Assembly (NCBI GenBank): GCA_963785035.1
Contig: CAWATG010000015.1
Location: 30,317-94,316, forward strand
DNA: 64,000 bases
Direction: 5' to 3'
From: an uncultured Acidimicrobiia bacterium
GTDB taxonomy: Bacteria; Actinomycetota; Acidimicrobiia; IMCC26256; CAWATG01
Shown one piece after another: positions 59,478 to 64,000 of the stretch. Below the pieces are notes generated by a model. The model was not told where the DNA came from. It made no database searches and saw only the letters and a list, made by a program, of their open reading frames with translations. The stretch's first letter is position 1. Every line of letters starts with the position of its first letter. Position numbers and translations under genes: made by a program.

Positions 59478-60555
59478 ATGGCCGTCGTGTTGGCGCTCGT
59501 CGCTGCGGCGAGTTGGGGCGCTTCCGATTTCCTGGCGGGGCTTGTGAGTCGAAAGGCATCGGCCCTGAACGTGGTCGTTGGCGCCCATCTCGTCGGGTTC
59601 TTGGCAATGGTTGCGTTGGCGCCCGTCTTTGGCGGACATGCCAGTGCCAAGGATCTGCTCTGGGGGGCTGCAGCTGGGGTGAGCGGGGGAATCGGCGCTG
59701 CTCTTCTTTATCGCGGCCTTGCGGTGGGCCGAATGGCTGTCGTGGCGCCCATCACGGCCACTGGAGCAGCAGCAATCCCCGCAGTCGTCGGCATTGGCAC
59801 GGGCGATGCCCTTGCAGCGGCCGGTGTTGTGGGAATTGTGTTGGCGTTGGTCGCCGTGGTGCTGATCGCGTTGACCCCAGTCGACGAGGATGACGCGGCT
59901 CATGCTTCGGATGTTGTGATTGGTGTGCCCGGTCTCGTGGGTGCCTTGCGTCGGCGATCCATCAACCAGTCGGCGCATGACGCCGAGCGCGAAACACCGG
60001 CGGGCCTTCTCGGGGCGTTGCGTCGGCGACCGATCGGTGCGCCCGTGGACGTTGGACATGGCCGAACTCAGAGCACCGGCCGGCGGTCGGTGACGGTGGT
60101 CGCGGGTGGGGCTGGGCCAATGGCGGGCATCAAGCGTTGGCTGCATCAACCCGGAATCATCTATGGCGTGACGGCCGGCGTCGGCTTCAGCGGTTTTTCC
60201 ATCGGCCTCGATGGAGCAAGCGCCGATTCCGGTTGGTGGCCGCTGCTCGCCGCGCGCGCAGGCTCTGTGTTCGTACTCGGTCAGCGCGGCCTTCGTTGTA
60301 GAACGCCGGCTTGTCCCACCAAGGGGCGCGCGCCGCGAAACGTTTTTCGTTGGTGCGCTCGATGTTCTCGCCGCTGTGTTGTTTCTTGTTGCGGTTCGCG
60401 AAGGCATGCTCTCGGTCGTTGCGGTGTTGGTGTCGCTGTATCCGGGAGTAACCGTGTTGCTTGCCTTGTTCTTCGTAGGGGAGCGTTGCACCAGGGTCCA
60501 GGTCGCGGGCCTGGCGCTGGGTGCCGGAGCGATCGCACTCATCGCATCGGCGTGA
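59478..60555 (+). pseudogene. EamA/DMT-family transporter with a long central loop, one frameshift
   Basis: MAVVLALVAAASWGASDFLAGLVSRK...five TM segments (ORF 59415-60947). The second half (FFVGALDVLAAVLFLVAVREGMLSVVAVLVSLYPGVTVLLALFFVGER) is in ORF 60211-60555. The frame change is near 60280. Confidence 0.7.
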
Positions 60556-62906
60556 GTTCCTCGCTTTCGAGGTTCAGCTCGTCTGGGGTGGCCGGAGCGA
60601 CGCTTCTGCCTGCGTCATCGTTTCCTTCGATGTGGACATGGGGCAGAATCCGGTCGAGCCAGGCGGGGATCCACCAGTTGCGAGCTCCGAGAAGTTCCAT
60701 GGTTGCCGGTACGAGCACCATCCGTACGACGGTCGCGTCGACGAAGACAGCTGCTGCCAACCCGAGACCGAACACTTTGAGGGAACGGTCGTTGCCGAGG
60801 ACGAAAGCCGAGAACACGCACACCATGATCAGCGCCGCTGCGGTGATCACACGTGCCGTGATGGCGAGCCCATCTGCGACCGCGGTGGCGTTGTCGCCGG
60901 TTCGATCGAACTCCTCTTTCATACGCGAGAGCAGGAATACCTCGTAGTCCATCGACAGTCCGAAGACAATCGCGAACAACAACATCGGCGCCCACGCTTC
61001 GATCGGTCCCGACCGCGCCACGCCGATGAGACTGAGTCCCCATCCCCACTGAAAGATCGCGACGATGACGCCATAGGCAGCACCGACCGAAAGCATGTTC
61101 ATGACGACGGCCTTCAGCGGTACGAGGATGCTGCGGAACACGAGCATCAGCAACAGGAAGCTCAGGATCAGGACGGCCCCGATCAGGTAGGGAAGGCGGC
61201 CAACCAGGAACGTTGCGAAGTCGATACCTCCGGCGGTGAATCCTCCGATCTTCACCCCCACACCCGTGCTCGGGATCACGTCATCGCGTAGGTGGTGGAC
61301 CAGGTCAGTTGTTGCCTTGTCCTGGGGAGAGGCAGTTGGGCTGACCTGCCATGTCCATGTTCCGGGAGCTAACTCGTCGCCTGGCGTCGCGAATGCGACC
61401 CCAGTTGCACTTGCCAATGCCTTATCGACGCGGGCGACATCGGCGGCTGAGACGTCGGTTCCCGTCGAGAGCAACAGGAGCGGTCCATTCGCGCCGGGAC
61501 CAAAACCCTGAGCGACCATGTCGTATCGCGCGCCGGACGGTCTGCTCTTTCGGTGCGTTGCCGGTGTCGCTGAATCCGAGGCGAATCGAAAGCAGTGGGA
61601 ATCCCAGCGTCAGCAGGATTACGACGCCGGCCACGAAGGCGATCCACGGGCGACGTTGCACGAAGCGGCTCCACCGATACCAGAACTGTTGCTCGCGGGG
61701 ACGCTCGGCGCGTTCGGGAAGCAGGGTGCGTAGCCCTCTTGCGGGCGACATGTAGCTGAGGCCCGTGACGATCCCGGCGCCGAGGAACCCGAGCGCTCCG
61801 AAGCCGAGCACGTTCTTGGTCGCTATGCCGGCGAGCCCACCGACGACCACCGAGCCCACGGCGATTCCCGCTGCTCGCGTGGTGTGGTAAATGCGCCGTC
61901 CGGTGAAACCGAGGAGCGCTGGAAGCAGCGTGATCGAAGCCATCATCATCAGCAGGACACCAGTTGAGCCTGCGACGGCCATGCCGCGTACGAATGACAG
62001 GCCCATGACGAACAAACCGAGGAGGGAGATCATGACCGTTGTCGCGGCAAAAACAACGGCCCGCCCTGCTGAATTGACGGCACGAACAGTGGCCTCTTCG
62101 GGGTCGATACCCGCGTTGAGATGTTCCTTGTAGCGGGTCACGATGAAGAGCGCATAGTCGATGCCCACGCCGAGCCCAATCATCGCCGCTGTCTGCGGTG
62201 CCGCGTCAGGCGTACCGAAGAAGTTCGAGGCGATGCCAACGAGGGCGATTCCAACGCCCAAACCGATGAGCGCGGTGAGGATCGGAAGTCCCATCGCGAT
62301 CACCGAGCCGAAAGCAAACAGCAAGATCACCACCGCTGCAATGACACCGAGCAGTTCACTTTCGGGAAATTCGAACTCGCTGAATGCGATGCCGCCGTAT
62401 TCGACTTTGATGCCCGGAAGGTCCTTGAGCGCTTCGCTCCCCATCTCCTTGATCGTGTCCGCAACCTCTTGCAGTTTCGGTTGCGGACGCTCCGAGATGA
62501 AGAGCTGAGCGAACGAGATGTCGGCGCCGGACTTGTTGATCGGACCGTCGGCCGGGCTGTTGTAGCGCATTCCTTCGGGAACGAATGGCGTCACGATCTT
62601 GACACCTGCGAGCTTGTCGACCTTGGCGAAGAGTGTGTTCATGGCACGCACGACGTCGGCGTCGGTGTTGCCCTGTTTGGCTGAGAAGACAATCTGGCCG
62701 GGATACCCGGCGTCCTCCTTGTTGCCCAGGGCCTTGAACGTGTCCATCACGTCTTTGGAGTCGCTGGCGGGAAGGTCGAACACCGAGTTGTAGTCCGTCC
62801 CCATCGCACCGACGATGATGTTGCACGCCACGAGGATCGGTATCCAGATGCCGAACACCATGAGGCGGCGGCGACGGAAGCTGAAGCGAGCGATCTTGGC
62901 CAGCAC
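60539..62906 (-). pseudogene. MMPL-family (RND-like) transporter, one frameshift
   Basis: N-half: ORF 61422-62906 (MLAKIARFSFRRRRLMV...GLGVGIDYALFIVTRYKE). C-half: ORF 60539-61519 (YDMVAQGFGPGANGP...FGLSMDYEVFLLSRMKEE). The frame change is near 61520-61535. Confidence 0.85.
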
Positions 62907-63167
62907 GGCTTGCTCCTAAGGAAGGCTCCAAAGAACGCGCAGGCTACCGGGCGCGATCACCAAAGCGGTACTCGTCTCAGCCATTGGTCACATTGCAACG
63001 GCTGCGTAGCCCAGGGTCGGCGATATCGCCGAGACCACCGGTGCAAACCCCACGTGGCCCACCTTGGCGAGAAGCTCGCAGCGCCCGGCGGACGGGCCCC
63101 GGGGGGACAGGACCGTCTCGCCCGGGCACCAGCGAGTGGGTCCATTTTGACATATCGGCATTGCGTT

Positions 63168-63185
63168 TTCCCAATGGAATGGGAA
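63168..63185. promoter_or_regulatory. Inverted repeat in the long mmpL upstream region
   Basis: TTCCCA-N6-TGGGAA sits inside the least GC-rich part of the ~400-nt gap between the NlpC/P60 stop and the mmpL start. Confidence 0.3.
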
Positions 63186-63306
63186 CCGAATCGATTGTGG
63201 GTGTGTGAAGTCCTCACAATTCGGGTGGTCATCGTGCCCGATGACACATGGCGACGGAACGTTCGGGGTCTGCCTTGCGCCCGTTTTGCGCTTCGCCGGC
63301 TTCTCG

Positions 63307-64000
63307 TTAGCCGGGGCGTGCCGCTCCGCTGAGTCGTCCATATGGCACGGGCTGCAGTTTGACGAAGTCGCCCGTCTGCGTCGCCGCAATCTGCATGCCG
63401 TTGCCGACATACAACGCGACATGGGCGCTGCCACCGGGACCTTTGAAGATGAGGTCGCCCGGCTGGAGTTGGTCAAAGGGAATACGCGGGAACATCCGGA
63501 ACTGTGCGCCGGAATAGTGCGGCATCGAGACGCCGCCCGCTTTCCACGCCATCATTGTCAGGCCGGAGCAGTCGAAGCTGTTCGGTCCTGCTGCGGCATA
63601 GACGTACCGCTTACCGATCTGCTGGCGCGCGTATTGAATTGCCGCGGCAGCGCCCGGAGATGGCGCAGGAACATCAGGGAATGCCAACTTTGAAGGTGCT
63701 CCTACTGGTTTCTCCGGACCTCGCGCCCGTGCGACGGCGGCGAGGCGCGCCTGCTCGGCGGTAGCCTTGCGGCGCGCTTCTTCCTCACGCCGGGCTTGTT
63801 CTTGGATGACGAGGGCTGCCAGTTCACCTTTGGTCTGTGCGAGAAGCGCCCGTTGGTTGGCGTTGAGCTGCTCGAGCGAGCGCCGCGACGCATCGATGTT
63901 CGACTTCTTGTCCTCCGCCTCGCGTTTCGCTGTTGCGAAACGTTCGCGCTGGAGCTGGAGGGCTTCTTTGCTGTCGCGTAGCTGGGCAATGAGCGTTGCG
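63307..64000 (-). CDS. NlpC/P60 (C40) cell-wall peptidase with an N-terminal coiled coil; 5' end lies outside the window
   Basis: The catalytic domain reads YVYAAAGPNSFDCSGLTMMAWKAGGVSMPHYSGAQ...GDLIF...HVALYVGNG. The same frame stays open upstream to the window edge and encodes a Glu/Arg/Ala-rich coiled coil (LQLQRERFATAKREAEDKK...). Confidence 0.85.
   Translation of the reverse strand, partial: ATLIAQLRDSKEALQLQRERFATAKREAEDKKSNIDASRRSLEQLNANQRALLAQTKGELAALVIQEQARREEEARRKATAEQARLAAVARARGPEKPVGAPSKLAFPDVPAPSPGAAAAIQYARQQIGKRYVYAAAGPNSFDCSGLTMMAWKAGGVSMPHYSGAQFRMFPRIPFDQLQPGDLIFKGPGGSAHVALYVGNGMQIAATQTGDFVKLQPVPYGRLSGAARPG

Overview
GC-rich segment (codon third positions are almost all G/C). 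The gene content points to Actinomycetota: MmpL, mycothiol/DinB-type enzymes, an F420-type LLM oxidoreductase, and several promoters that look leaderless. I saw no rRNA, tRNA or CRISPR array. Reading start to end: (1) 0-4.6 kb is an accessory patch with a LuxR fragment, a broken APH-type kinase, a broken and truncated STAND-like P-loop NTPase, nested IS481 and IS5 remnants, and a VapBC pair. (2) 4.5-12 kb carries stress genes: DUF1971, a CstR-like repressor with a CstB-like MBL-rhodanese and TauE, then furA-katG, dps and a nitrilase. (3) 12.0-16.7 kb is a block in which every gene (radical-SAM remnant, methyltransferase, two ArsR, SRPBCC genes, a DinB-family gene) can only be read by hopping between frames. 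(4) 16.7-22.3 kb holds nhaA, a SHOCT protein, an MFS transporter and an ArsR-rhodanese fusion with DsrE and SQR. (5) 22.3-23.7 kb holds gene debris plus a second VapBC whose AbrB-type antitoxin has no canonical start. (6) 23.7-37.7 kb is mostly ordinary: SnoaL, a LuxR-TPR regulator, ArsR-SulP, and detox or redox enzymes with PadR and TetR regulators, SPFH and TerC. (7) 37.8-64 kb holds a P-type ATPase, pyk, an SDR, YciI with an ECF sigma, xfp-ackA, a scramblase-like protein, purT, a GGDEF-EAL protein that reads in frame into a CelD-like GNAT, EamA, MmpL and a partial NlpC/P60 gene. The most unusual features are: the very uneven distribution of single-nucleotide frameshifts; three separately regulated sulfide/persulfide modules; and a 43-bp exact direct repeat linking the sulP STAS region to a site 2.7 kb away. 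I did not find a convincing complete novel multi-gene system, so candidates are listed with modest scores. Coordinates follow the supplied ORF track wherever possible.
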